Shown here: positions 48,097 through 56,633 of the stretch, one piece after another
Layout of the letters: the number at the start of each line of letters is the position of its first letter
Position numbering within the stretch: position 1 is the first letter of the stretch
IMG/VR virus record: IMGVR_UViG_3300015199_000002
Span: 1-64,000 of that record
Reading direction: 5' to 3' (one strand)
Source: a virus
Length of the DNA: 64,000 nucleotides
Position numbers and translations under genes: made by a program
The notes under the pieces: generated by a model
Seen by the model: only the letters and a program-made list of their open reading frames with translations
The model's database searches: none
What the model was told of the DNA's origin: nothing

Positions 48097-48673
48097 GAAA
48101 GTCGCTCTGAATAGGATTTCGAGACTTCTTGTTGAACAAAGACACCACGCTGCCTTTTGACATACCGGTAGCCTTTGATATTTCGTTAAAGGTGTGTCCG
48201 TCGTTCCGCATGTTCATAGCCAGCGTCAGAGTCTCCACAGAGTGCTTGCCTGGGGGGCCGAGCCTCTGCCCCTTTTCCTTCTTTGCCTGGAGCGCAGCCT
48301 TAGTCCGCTGGCTGATCAGGGACCTCTCCAGCTCTGCCACCATCACCATGGCCTGGGCGGTGAATCTGCCCGACGGGGTGCTGTAATCGACCCCCTCCCG
48401 AAGAGATACGATGTTAACCCCTCGTTTGTACAGGCCCTCAATCAGCCCAATTATGTCTAGGAGCTTCCTTCCTAGGCGATCTAAGGCGGCTATGGCTAAG
48501 GTGTCTCCAGACTGGATCTTCTTTAGGAGCTTCTCTAGCTCTGGTCGCTCCTTGACACCGCTTGCGGTCTCCCGGTACAGGAATGCCTCTGGGTAGCGCT
48601 TTAGGAGATCGTGCTCCTGCGTATCTACGACCTGCTTGTTCGAACTCACGCGACAGTATATGTAAATCGACAT
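48077..48673 (-). CDS. Small serine recombinase (resolvase/invertase) with C-terminal HTH
   Basis: YCRVSS, ETASG..ERP.L, LDRLGR, AELER..I.QRT; start at 48673 preferred because TTGCTT-N17-TACGCT lies just upstream. Confidence 0.93.
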   Translation of the reverse strand: MSIYIYCRVSSNKQVVDTQEHDLLKRYPEAFLYRETASGVKERPELEKLLKKIQSGDTLAIAALDRLGRKLLDIIGLIEGLYKRGVNIVSLREGVDYSTPSGRFTAQAMVMVAELERSLISQRTKAALQAKKEKGQRLGPPGKHSVETLTLAMNMRNDGHTFNEISKATGMSKGSVVSLFNKKSRNPIQSDFLREFLR

Positions 48674-48813
48674 ACTTAGAGCGTATACTGACCGGTCATT
48701 GAAAGCAAGTAAAATCTTGGTAAGGGGCGCCATTGGCTACCGGGTTCAGTTTTACCTTACCCGCTGGACGAGCGTTGCCCTTTTACTCCTGCCTACTCGG
48801 AACCTCATTCACT

Positions 48814-48963
48814 TTATCCGAAATTCTTTTGATTTTGGTTGACCATTTCTTCCAACCAATCTTCTAAATAAGACACTGCGTCCTTGAAGCTAGAACAAAC
48901 CTGCACGCCGCTCACTACAATAAGACGGTACCAGGGGTCGTAATAGAAGTCAAGCGCTATCAC
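48814..48963 (-). CDS. Hypothetical protein (49 aa)
   Basis: Manual: MIALDFYYDPWYRLIVVSGVQVCSSFKDAVSYLEDWLEE...; GTG start, weak RBS. Confidence 0.4.
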   Translation of the reverse strand: MIALDFYYDPWYRLIVVSGVQVCSSFKDAVSYLEDWLEEMVNQNQKNFG

Positions 48964-49357
48964 GCCAAAGATTGCGCCATTTTGGCATTATACGCCAGAG
49001 CGCATAAAACACATCCTATACGGTAAAGCGTATAGCGAAAGCATACGATCGTATAGGATAGGCATACAGACCCCGAACGGGTAAGAAACTATCGAAAAGT
49101 GATAGGTACTGACATGAACGGGTACTAACTACTAGCGTAGCCGCCAATGGGCTTCGTATGAGTTGCTACTAACAGCGTCCCGATGACAAGTTACTAGGGG
49201 CGGTGCGGGTTAAATTGTCATTGGGGTGGTGTTATGCGGAGGGCTATAGGTAGCGGCTACTAGCCCCACAAACCCGTTTATAGGCCACTTGACCAAGTAA
49301 AGAGACCCTTACCCGCAGCCAGGTGGGATAAAGGCTACTACGGGCATTTCTGTGCGT

Positions 49358-50233
49358 CTAATAGGACTTTAAAGTGCTCTTACCGCCAAACTCACTATAA
49401 AAGAGTTGTCGGGAAATATCAAGAAATTTATTTGACTTTTTCTCGTTTTCGGCTCCGGGGATCGCGCGCAGGTTCCAAGGGACGTGAAGACCCCAAACCT
49501 CTACTAAGTGCCCGTTAACGATCTCCAGACCCCGGATGGGTACGATATGGTCGACGTGGTGCTGTACCGATGTCTCCGAGGTTAGTCGGTCCCGCTCACG
49601 GTAGATTTTGCCCATCTCGATCCTGTGGGCTGCGGAGACCCATTTGGGTACTGCGGAGCGTTTTCTGAGTTCTTGCAAGGTTTTCCTGGCAGCGAACTTG
49701 GCTCGGTCGCGTTTACGGGCTCGTTTACGCGCAGCCTTGAGCATTTCTTGATTTCTGCACGTTCGAGCCTCAGGGAATGCGTACCCTCTCCGGGAGGCCT
49801 TTCTGTCTGCAATATCCCTAAAGTTACTTTTAATCTCAGCCAAACACCCTAGGCAGTGCGCGGACTTAGGAGGAAACAAGTACTTAAGAATCCTCTTTTT
49901 ACACCTACTGCAACTCTTGTCTTTGGGAACTGGCAGCAGTCTGCGGAGTTTCTTGCACATTTTACATCGAGTATGTAGTCTGTCTGCGGAGTTCCTGTCT
50001 TTACCGAAATCAAACGCCGATTTGGTGACTGAGCAGGCAGGGCATTTCTTGTAAGGCATATTCTTAAACTTATCTCTCAATGGTGGCTTTGGCCCCCTAT
50101 CCCTACACTCCCTGCAGTAAGGGAACTCCTTTGCCTTATCTCTATTAACTCCCCCATGAAAGAAATCTCGGTCCGGCTTAGGCTGCCCGCACCCTAGGTA
50201 ACGCCTGTTGCTGCTCCCTATGCAAATTTTCAT
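49358..50233 (-). CDS. HNH endonuclease with CxxC repeats
   Basis: HHVDHIVPIRG...GLHVPWNLRAI...N.KKSN; TTGACA-N17-TATGCT at 50241-50269 favours ATG 50233. Confidence 0.85.
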   Translation of the reverse strand: MKICIGSSNRRYLGCGQPKPDRDFFHGGVNRDKAKEFPYCRECRDRGPKPPLRDKFKNMPYKKCPACSVTKSAFDFGKDRNSADRLHTRCKMCKKLRRLLPVPKDKSCSRCKKRILKYLFPPKSAHCLGCLAEIKSNFRDIADRKASRRGYAFPEARTCRNQEMLKAARKRARKRDRAKFAARKTLQELRKRSAVPKWVSAAHRIEMGKIYRERDRLTSETSVQHHVDHIVPIRGLEIVNGHLVEVWGLHVPWNLRAIPGAENEKKSNKFLDISRQLFYSEFGGKSTLKSY

Positions 50234-50269
50234 TATTACAAGCATAATACACAGTAAAACTCGTGTCAA

Positions 50270-51235
50270 CAGAATAAATAAGCCTTAAGTATCATATATT
50301 TGACTTGTCGGAAAATAGCCATCTCGTTTTAAACGGGCGCTGAAGGTGAGGCTGTGGGAGAAATTGCGTCCTGGGGGGGGGTCTACCCAGACCCAGGCCA
50401 GAAAGGAAACAGTTCCCAGTAGACCCCCCCTCCGGAGAGCTCTGTACAGGCCGGCCAACTCCCATCTGAAACCAGGCTATTCCCGCGGTGTTTTGTCTCG
50501 TTTCGGTCGTCGTTGCTCATGGGGTATCAACTGGTCATTTAACGTTCGTATGCTGACTTGAAGGATTGTTAAGGCTCAGCTGCGTTATATAAGAGATGGA
50601 GATATCTACTAAAGTCTTAGTAGACGATGCTTCGTCGCTTGTATCGAGCGACCCCACGCAGTAGCCGTTGCACCTTGAGTTAGTTGTTACTGCGTAAAGT
50701 TCTACGCACTTAAAATCGTAGTAGCCGTAACACGTAGCCCGCAACGTCGACGGCGCCGGCAAGGCGACCGAACATAGAGCTCTGTCTTTGACTTAATAGC
50801 CCGGCCGGATGCCAGTAGCCTTAACACGTAGCCCGTAGCGGCACCGTCGTTGTGTCTGTGTCTCTGCCTTTGGTCTAGTGGCCGTTGCGGTCAGTCATTA
50901 CTTACTGGGTAGCTGTTCGTCTCTGCCTACCGTGATTGTCTTTGTTAGAGCTCTTAGGTCTGTTTCATTCCTGTTATATGTCTTTTTGAGACAGTTACTG
51001 GGGGTTTGATCGTCGTTAGGTGTTTTATGCGACTTGGTATGTAACTGTCTATGTCTTGAGGTTTGTCTAAAAGATCTTCAGCTTGTATTCATTTGTATTA
51101 TTTGCTTTAGGTGACGATATTTGTCAGTATGTGTCTTGGTTGACTTGATTTCGTTGGGTTTTAATTGAGATGGGTTTGGCATCTGGTATGCAATAGTATT
51201 AGATTGTATTTAGTAACAAACGAGACGGGGGTTTT
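50270..51235. other. Non-coding divergence zone, probable genome terminus/pac region
   Basis: Strand switch; G9/C7 inverted repeat; 22-bp direct repeats; strongly G/T-skewed right part. Confidence 0.55.
51176..51192 (+). promoter_or_regulatory. Sigma54-type -24/-12 promoter
   Basis: TTGGCATCTGGTATGCA, exact GG-N10-GC spacing, ~45 nt before first rightward gene. Confidence 0.6.
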
Positions 51236-51469
51236 ATGAAGGTTGCTAGGATAACTAAAGATATCAAGGCTTCGGGAGTTAAGGTTATTAGAGTCAAATC
51301 GTTTGATTCTAAGTCAATGATCGGTATTCATTTGCTCATGCCGACTCAACGTGAGCTGGAAGATGCCGTTGAGACCGCTTTAAGGGATATGTTCCCAGCG
51401 ATCTACATTCACACATTTTCGACTTGGGCAGCCGGTGCAATGAAACGCCGGGCTCCCAAGACAGTATAA
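51236..51469 (+). CDS. Hypothetical early protein
   Basis: First ORF after promoter. Confidence 0.6.
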   Translation: MKVARITKDIKASGVKVIRVKSFDSKSMIGIHLLMPTQRELEDAVETALRDMFPAIYIHTFSTWAAGAMKRRAPKTV

Positions 51470-51575
51470 CTTTGTCTGCAGCATTCAACTTATCCCCCTA
51501 AGTTGCTGTAGACCGGGACACAGGGTTTCCCCGACTCTGTGTCCCAAACTTTTTGAACTTAACATTGGAGGCAGT

Positions 51576-52118
51576 ATGAAGAAATACAAACTACGGCTAG
51601 ATCTTAAGTTAGAAGTGTACAGTAAGACTCTCTATAGAATCGAGAGGTTACGTGACGGCAAACCTACAGGCGACGTAGGCGGTTACATTGAGAGTGAAGC
51701 TAACCTCTCCCAAGACGGCACCTGTTGGGTGTACGGCGACGCTTGGGTGTACGGCAACGCTCGGGTGTCCGGCAACGCTTGGGTGTTCGGCAACGCTTGG
51801 GTGTTCGGCAACGCTCAGGTGTACGGCGACGCTCTGGTGTACGGCGACGCTCGGGTGTCCGGCGACGCTTGGGTGTCCGGCGACGCTTGGATATCTTCAG
51901 TAAATGAAATAGTTAATTTCATAATTGCATTCAGTTTTTCTATCACTATAACTCCCGATAACATTGCAATAGGGTGTCAACTAAAAAAGCGTTCGGAATG
52001 GCTTAAGGTGTCAATCGACGACGCCGAGAAGATGGGCCTGCCTCGCGAACTATTCCCTCAGTACAGGAAGCTTGTTAAGATCGGAATGAAACTGGTCCCT
52101 AAAAGGAGTTCAAAATGA
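51576..52118 (+). CDS. Hexapeptide-repeat protein, paralogue 2
   Basis: 9 x 18-bp units at 51729-51890; RBS GGAGG. Confidence 0.85.
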   Translation: MKKYKLRLDLKLEVYSKTLYRIERLRDGKPTGDVGGYIESEANLSQDGTCWVYGDAWVYGNARVSGNAWVFGNAWVFGNAQVYGDALVYGDARVSGDAWVSGDAWISSVNEIVNFIIAFSFSITITPDNIAIGCQLKKRSEWLKVSIDDAEKMGLPRELFPQYRKLVKIGMKLVPKRSSK

Positions 52119-52279
52119 GAATTGGACTTGCGTACGCAGACTTAACTGAACATGGACTAGAAGTTGTGATAAAAGACGGACTGGTGATCGCTAAGTTCTT
52201 AGACGGCATGAGTATCCCAGTCGGCGAAGGTCTGGAGAGCTTGCCTGTAGGCAATGACGAAATAACAAAGGTGGCTTGA
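52115..52279 (+). CDS. Hypothetical protein (54 aa)
   Basis: Manual: MRIGLAYADLTEHGLEVVIKDG...; RBS AAGGAG; ATGA overlap. Confidence 0.6.
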   Translation: MRIGLAYADLTEHGLEVVIKDGLVIAKFLDGMSIPVGEGLESLPVGNDEITKVA

Positions 52280-52280
52280 T

Positions 52281-52511
52281 ATGACCAAACAAGACAGAAA
52301 ACGCAAACAAGTCAGAGAAAGTATGGCACGGATGCGCGAACGCAGGCGGCTTGCCGGTATAGATCAGGACGATAGTCCGGCAAGCTATCACGCGACAAAG
52401 GTTTGCGTGCAGTGCAAGGGTAGGCTTGAGGCATGCAAGTGGCGTGTTTGCTTGGCGTGCGCGCCTCATAGGACGGTTGAGTTCGACGATGAGTTTCTAT
52501 TTTGCGCTTAA
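52281..52511 (+). CDS. Small basic Zn-finger protein
   Basis: CVQC...CLAC. Confidence 0.6.
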   Translation: MTKQDRKRKQVRESMARMRERRRLAGIDQDDSPASYHATKVCVQCKGRLEACKWRVCLACAPHRTVEFDDEFLFCA

Positions 52512-52519
52512 CATAAGGA

Positions 52520-52894
52520 GTGTACATGTTAATAAGTGATGATATTGGCGTAGAAAAAGTGTTTAGTTTTAGTTCCGTAGGCAAAAGATTAGTGGGATAC
52601 TATCTTGGTAGTTGTTACTTGGCGCGCGGATCAGGTCGCACGTTAAGTCATCTATTCGGTACCCCCGAAGGCACGGCAGTGGTGCGCGGAATGCCTCTGC
52701 TCATTAAGTTGCTGGAGGGGGTTTCCAGTCAATACTTAATCCAGTTAAATCGCACCAAGAACTTTCAGATAGCCAAAGGGCTCACGTATTATGTTTATGA
52801 AGTTAAGTACCACGGTAGACAAGGCATGCCAAAAGATAAGTTTGACGTCTTTAAAAGAAAGATGTGCGCTAAACTAAAGACCTCAGTACGATAA
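52520..52894 (+). CDS. Hypothetical protein
   Basis: RBS AAGGAG. Confidence 0.6.
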   Translation: MYMLISDDIGVEKVFSFSSVGKRLVGYYLGSCYLARGSGRTLSHLFGTPEGTAVVRGMPLLIKLLEGVSSQYLIQLNRTKNFQIAKGLTYYVYEVKYHGRQGMPKDKFDVFKRKMCAKLKTSVR

Positions 52895-52907
52895 GAAAGG
52901 AATTCAT

Positions 52908-53252
52908 ATGGCAATCGAGCATGACATCAGGAAAGCAATGATACTCGCCTCTGACATATTCCAAGACGAGCCCGGTACAGACGAAGAGATCGAGATCCTA
53001 CAGAGTATTCCTAGTCTTGGGCGCGATAGAGTTGAGTGCATAGATGCACGCATGCCTACATTGTTCGATGAGTTGTATGACGCGGAGATGAGTCTTCAGG
53101 TGAAACTTCTCGTCCTCGCGTGCGCACGGGGGATTGGGCTTCCAGTACCTTCGCTTGAGGTTGGTGTGGTGTCGGCTATGCATAGAGCTATTGGTTTGCG
53201 CGCTGAGTATTTGGCTTCGGATGAAGGTGAACTAGAATTGGAGGCAGTATGA
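52908..53252 (+). CDS. Hypothetical acidic protein
   Basis: RBS AAGGA. Confidence 0.6.
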   Translation: MAIEHDIRKAMILASDIFQDEPGTDEEIEILQSIPSLGRDRVECIDARMPTLFDELYDAEMSLQVKLLVLACARGIGLPVPSLEVGVVSAMHRAIGLRAEYLASDEGELELEAV

Positions 53253-53791
53253 AGAAATACAAGCTACGGTTAGACCTTAAGTTAGAAGTACACGGAACAA
53301 CTCTCTATAGAATCGAGAGGTTACGTGACGGCAAGCCTACAGGCGACGTAGGCGGTTACATTGAGAGTGAAGCTAACCTCTCCCAAGACGGCACCTGCTG
53401 GGTGTACGGCAACGCTCTGGTGTACGACAACGCTCGGGTGTACGACAACGCTCGGGTGTACGGCGACGCTTGGGTGTTCGGCAACGCCCTGGTGTACGGC
53501 AACGCTTGGGTGTTCGGCAACGCTCTGGTGTCCGGCAACGCTTGGGTGTCCGGCGACGCTCGTATTGATTCAATTGATGCGATAATAGTTTTAACCATAG
53601 CCGCGTCATATTCAGTAACCATAACAAGAACTCTTATTTTTGCTGGATGCGCTAAAATAAGCCGATCTAAGATCAACAGCATGACTGCCAAACAATTCCA
53701 AAGGATAGGGGGTAATCCCAAATACTTTAAGGCGTACAAACAAATGGTCTTGGGCGCCATGCTTATAGTCAAACCTAAGAAAGCGAAATGA
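53249..53791 (+). CDS. Hexapeptide-repeat protein, paralogue 3
   Basis: 9 x 18-bp units at 53402-53563; same RBS context as paralogue 2. Confidence 0.85.
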   Translation: MKKYKLRLDLKLEVHGTTLYRIERLRDGKPTGDVGGYIESEANLSQDGTCWVYGNALVYDNARVYDNARVYGDAWVFGNALVYGNAWVFGNALVSGNAWVSGDARIDSIDAIIVLTIAASYSVTITRTLIFAGCAKISRSKINSMTAKQFQRIGGNPKYFKAYKQMVLGAMLIVKPKKAK

Positions 53792-53792
53792 T

Positions 53793-54218
53793 ATGCGTAG
53801 TTACTCCATCTTATCTGCAATGATTTTACTCGCGTGCGCGCCTAAGCAACCGATCACCATTGATCAGAACTTGGTGCCATACTTCGAGATGTTTCAGAAT
53901 ACGATTGGAGTATCTACTGCGGACGTGTCCGGGCGAATGGATGAGCTAGTGTTGCCTACGATTGGCGTATGCACGGTGGATGAGTCGGGAAACAAGGTCG
54001 TGCATATAGACGCCACCTACTGGAATGCAAGTAACGATGATGCGCGCGAGATGTTAGTGTTCCATGAGCTCGGGCACTGCGCTATGGGTCGGGTTCACGA
54101 CGTGGCGGTTGATAAGTACGGGTGCCCATTGAGTATTATGTATCCCCATGATTTTCCAGATAAGTGTTTCGAAGTGAATAGACAGGCTTATTACGCTGAG
54201 ATGATTTCTTATAAATGA
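53793..54218 (+). CDS. Metzincin-like metallopeptidase lipoprotein
   Basis: Lipobox LLAC; HELGHCAMGRVH; Met-turn SIMYP. Confidence 0.8.
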   Translation: MRSYSILSAMILLACAPKQPITIDQNLVPYFEMFQNTIGVSTADVSGRMDELVLPTIGVCTVDESGNKVVHIDATYWNASNDDAREMLVFHELGHCAMGRVHDVAVDKYGCPLSIMYPHDFPDKCFEVNRQAYYAEMISYK

Positions 54219-54694
54219 AAGGAGATTATATGATTTGTCATGTTTGTAAAAAGGATGCGGTTAGGAATGAAGTGCTGGGTAAAGAGTTTTTCTACTGTCG
54301 CGCATGCAAGATTGAGGTTGTTGAGTGGACTTGCGAATACTCTGGCACTGTTACAGGTAGATTTCAGTGTGTTAATCCTAATCCCTCGTCGATCCCCAAA
54401 CCGGGTGCGACTCAATCTGGCGCAGCTCTGCATAATCCCAGTTCAATCATGCCCGCTGGAGTGCGCGTACAACCGAGGGTCGCTTTCGAGCTCGACAAAC
54501 TGCGAATAGGAGACGAACTTGAAGCTCTGATTGACCATCCAATGTGCGCAGGCATCAGTAAAGGAACTATAGAGTCTGTTCTTTCGATAAGTTTCGATTC
54601 CAATACTTGGGTATCGAATAGAACATTCATGTGCCCCATGGACAATGTGGACGGTAAGGGGTCTATTTTATTCAAAAGAAAGGCAAAACCATGA
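54215..54694 (+). CDS. Zn-ribbon hypothetical protein
   Basis: CHVC...YCRACK. Confidence 0.6.
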   Translation: MKGDYMICHVCKKDAVRNEVLGKEFFYCRACKIEVVEWTCEYSGTVTGRFQCVNPNPSSIPKPGATQSGAALHNPSSIMPAGVRVQPRVAFELDKLRIGDELEALIDHPMCAGISKGTIESVLSISFDSNTWVSNRTFMCPMDNVDGKGSILFKRKAKP

Positions 54695-54996
54695 TCGGTA
54701 AACCAAGACACAATTGCAACCGGCCTACAAAGAAGGCACAATATTCCATAGGGAGAACTAATATCATGAAGCTGTATAAACTGAACTCAAACAGATGGGC
54801 GATGCTAAGTGGTGAGACTTATATCAAAGGAACACTAGAGGAAGTACGCAAGGTTATGGAAGGCACGCCATTCCTCGTAGACCCAGATGCGATTGACGTA
54901 GCACTTCAAGAAATGGCGGTTACGGGCGACAACATCGCTGACTTCGGGATCGCAGGATACTTCATAACGACCAGCAAAGACGCGGAAGCGGCATAA
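54691..54996 (+). CDS. Hypothetical protein (start may be 54766)
   Basis: ORF track; GGGAG before internal ATG. Confidence 0.6.
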   Translation: MIGKPRHNCNRPTKKAQYSIGRTNIMKLYKLNSNRWAMLSGETYIKGTLEEVRKVMEGTPFLVDPDAIDVALQEMAVTGDNIADFGIAGYFITTSKDAEAA

Positions 54997-55012
54997 GAAA
55001 AGGGAGATTACA

Positions 55013-55210
55013 ATGGAAACTACACAACAGATGAAAGACATTTTGGCGGCGATTGACTCAGTGAAGGCTAGAGCTAAGGCTTGCATCAAGTCAGGACAGA
55101 GGATGGAAGCGGAGAAGCTTGTAGGTGACTTGATTGCCCTTGACGCCTGCTTGGTTGGAGAAGTGGCGTCACAGGTAAAGACTGAAGAGTCTGGCAGAGA
55201 TGCCGCGTAA
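55013..55210 (+). CDS. Hypothetical protein
   Basis: RBS GGGAG. Confidence 0.6.
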   Translation: METTQQMKDILAAIDSVKARAKACIKSGQRMEAEKLVGDLIALDACLVGEVASQVKTEESGRDAA

Positions 55211-55220
55211 AGGAGAATTT

Positions 55221-55562
55221 ATGCGATCATGGTGGCCTATTGAAGCATCTATACTAGATAACAAGCGCCTTCTGGGCGAACATAATGAATTACTTATTAT
55301 GGCCAGAGCAATCGCCGGGATAAACAAAGGATATAGAAATCATCCTGAAACTAAACGGTGGATAGGTCATTCAAAAGCAATGAAGCGACGACACAACGAA
55401 TTAGCTGATGAAATGGAAAAAAGGGGATTTAATCACAAAAGTCCTTGGCCTGATAATGTTATGAATTCGGATGATACCGACGCTTGGCCAAATACTTTTT
55501 GGGAATCCCTTGATGTTATGAAAACAAAACTAGCTGAGAAAATGGGAAAGGAAACTCTATGA
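55221..55562 (+). CDS. Pyrimidine-dimer DNA glycosylase/endonuclease V-like protein
   Basis: MRSW...LDNKRLLGEHNE...HPE..RW...EM.KRGFNH; RBS AAGGAG before ATG 55221. Confidence 0.8.
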   Translation: MRSWWPIEASILDNKRLLGEHNELLIMARAIAGINKGYRNHPETKRWIGHSKAMKRRHNELADEMEKRGFNHKSPWPDNVMNSDDTDAWPNTFWESLDVMKTKLAEKMGKETL

Positions 55563-56182
55563 CAAACAACAAAGGTTTTACCCTAATCGAAACAATGATC
55601 GCGATGGGGCTCATGTGCCTAGGAGCCCTAGCTTTCGCGCAGATTGTCACCAACATGGGTCTGGCCCAGAATTGGAGCGACTTCAGACTTGCTACAAACT
55701 CCCTGGCGTCTTCTATGGTCGGGAGCTTGAATAACCCAGCAAGTTGCACACAGGGGTTTTCGGGTATTACTTTTGTGCCTACTGGCAATCCTGTGCCGGT
55801 TAGCTTTGGCCTACCGAACAGGGTCCTAGGTGCCGGAGTTATCGTGCCAAACTACAAGTTGAGCATCTTGTCTCTTAACTTCATTAACTACGTTCCGGTT
55901 CAGAATAATCCAGACGGAAGTGTAACGTACTTTGGGGATCTGTCCATGACAACTAAAGCCAGCAAGAAAGTGCTGGGAGGAGACACGTCTACTGTAGTTG
56001 TCGACTCTATCTACTTGACGACTATGGCAAGTTTGGTAGTGGCTTGCGGTAACGTCTCACCTCCTTCTCCGAGTCCCTCTCCGTCGCCGACTCCAGACCC
56101 TACACCGCTACCATCTCCGGTTCCGACATACACCTATACGCCGGAACACAACGATTCGCCTTGCGATCACGATAACCATTAA
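55559..56182 (+). CDS. Type IV prepilin-like protein
   Basis: Class III signal KG/FTLIETMIAM with Glu5 and hydrophobic helix; Cys pair; Pro-rich tail. Confidence 0.85.
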   Translation: MTNNKGFTLIETMIAMGLMCLGALAFAQIVTNMGLAQNWSDFRLATNSLASSMVGSLNNPASCTQGFSGITFVPTGNPVPVSFGLPNRVLGAGVIVPNYKLSILSLNFINYVPVQNNPDGSVTYFGDLSMTTKASKKVLGGDTSTVVVDSIYLTTMASLVVACGNVSPPSPSPSPSPTPDPTPLPSPVPTYTYTPEHNDSPCDHDNH

Positions 56183-56185
56183 CCA

Positions 56186-56473
56186 GTGAAAGGATATGAT
56201 ATGAAATTTAAAAAGAAGTTCGTTGAATACAGAGAAGCAGAGGTTCGCACCGTAAAAGCCGGCAAGGGTTACCACTTTGCAATTCCCATAAATGACTTAG
56301 AAAGAGAGATGAGTAGAAAAGACATATTTAAACGGGCTCACTTCTTTAACGATCACGGAAGTGTATATGCGGCATTCACAACTTTATATCAAGTCTATGA
56401 AAACGGAGAGAAGTTCGACTTCTTTGTAACGAAGAAGGCCGCCATAAAGCGCGCAAAAGACTATCTTAAATAA
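56186..56473 (+). CDS. Hypothetical protein
   Basis: ORF track. Confidence 0.6.
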   Translation: MKGYDMKFKKKFVEYREAEVRTVKAGKGYHFAIPINDLEREMSRKDIFKRAHFFNDHGSVYAAFTTLYQVYENGEKFDFFVTKKAAIKRAKDYLK

Positions 56474-56483
56474 AGGAGTATAT

Positions 56484-56621
56484 ATGTGGTATATTTTATA
56501 CACAAGTGCTCAAGGCACGCAGCATCAGTCAGAGTTTTACATGGACTTCTGGTCTGCGTACAAAGATGCTAAGAGACTTGTTGGGAGCCGATGCTTTGAA
56601 GTCGAACTTGTAACTACTTGA
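56484..56621 (+). CDS. Hypothetical protein (45 aa)
   Basis: Manual: MWYILYTSAQGTQHQSEFYMDFWSAYKDAKRL...; RBS AAGGAG. Confidence 0.55.
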   Translation: MWYILYTSAQGTQHQSEFYMDFWSAYKDAKRLVGSRCFEVELVTT

Positions 56622-56633
56622 AAGGAAACTAGA

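Noticed and set aside
48077-48733. IS607 or Tn3-family element
   Set aside because: HTH is C-terminal; no TnpB or transposase; no terminal repeats seen
51729-53563. Complete diversity-generating retroelement
   Set aside because: No reverse transcriptase or separate template repeat in the window; kept only as an open pattern
51688-53820. CTATLG and RRRLGV repeat ORFs
   Set aside because: Alternate frames of the 18-bp arrays
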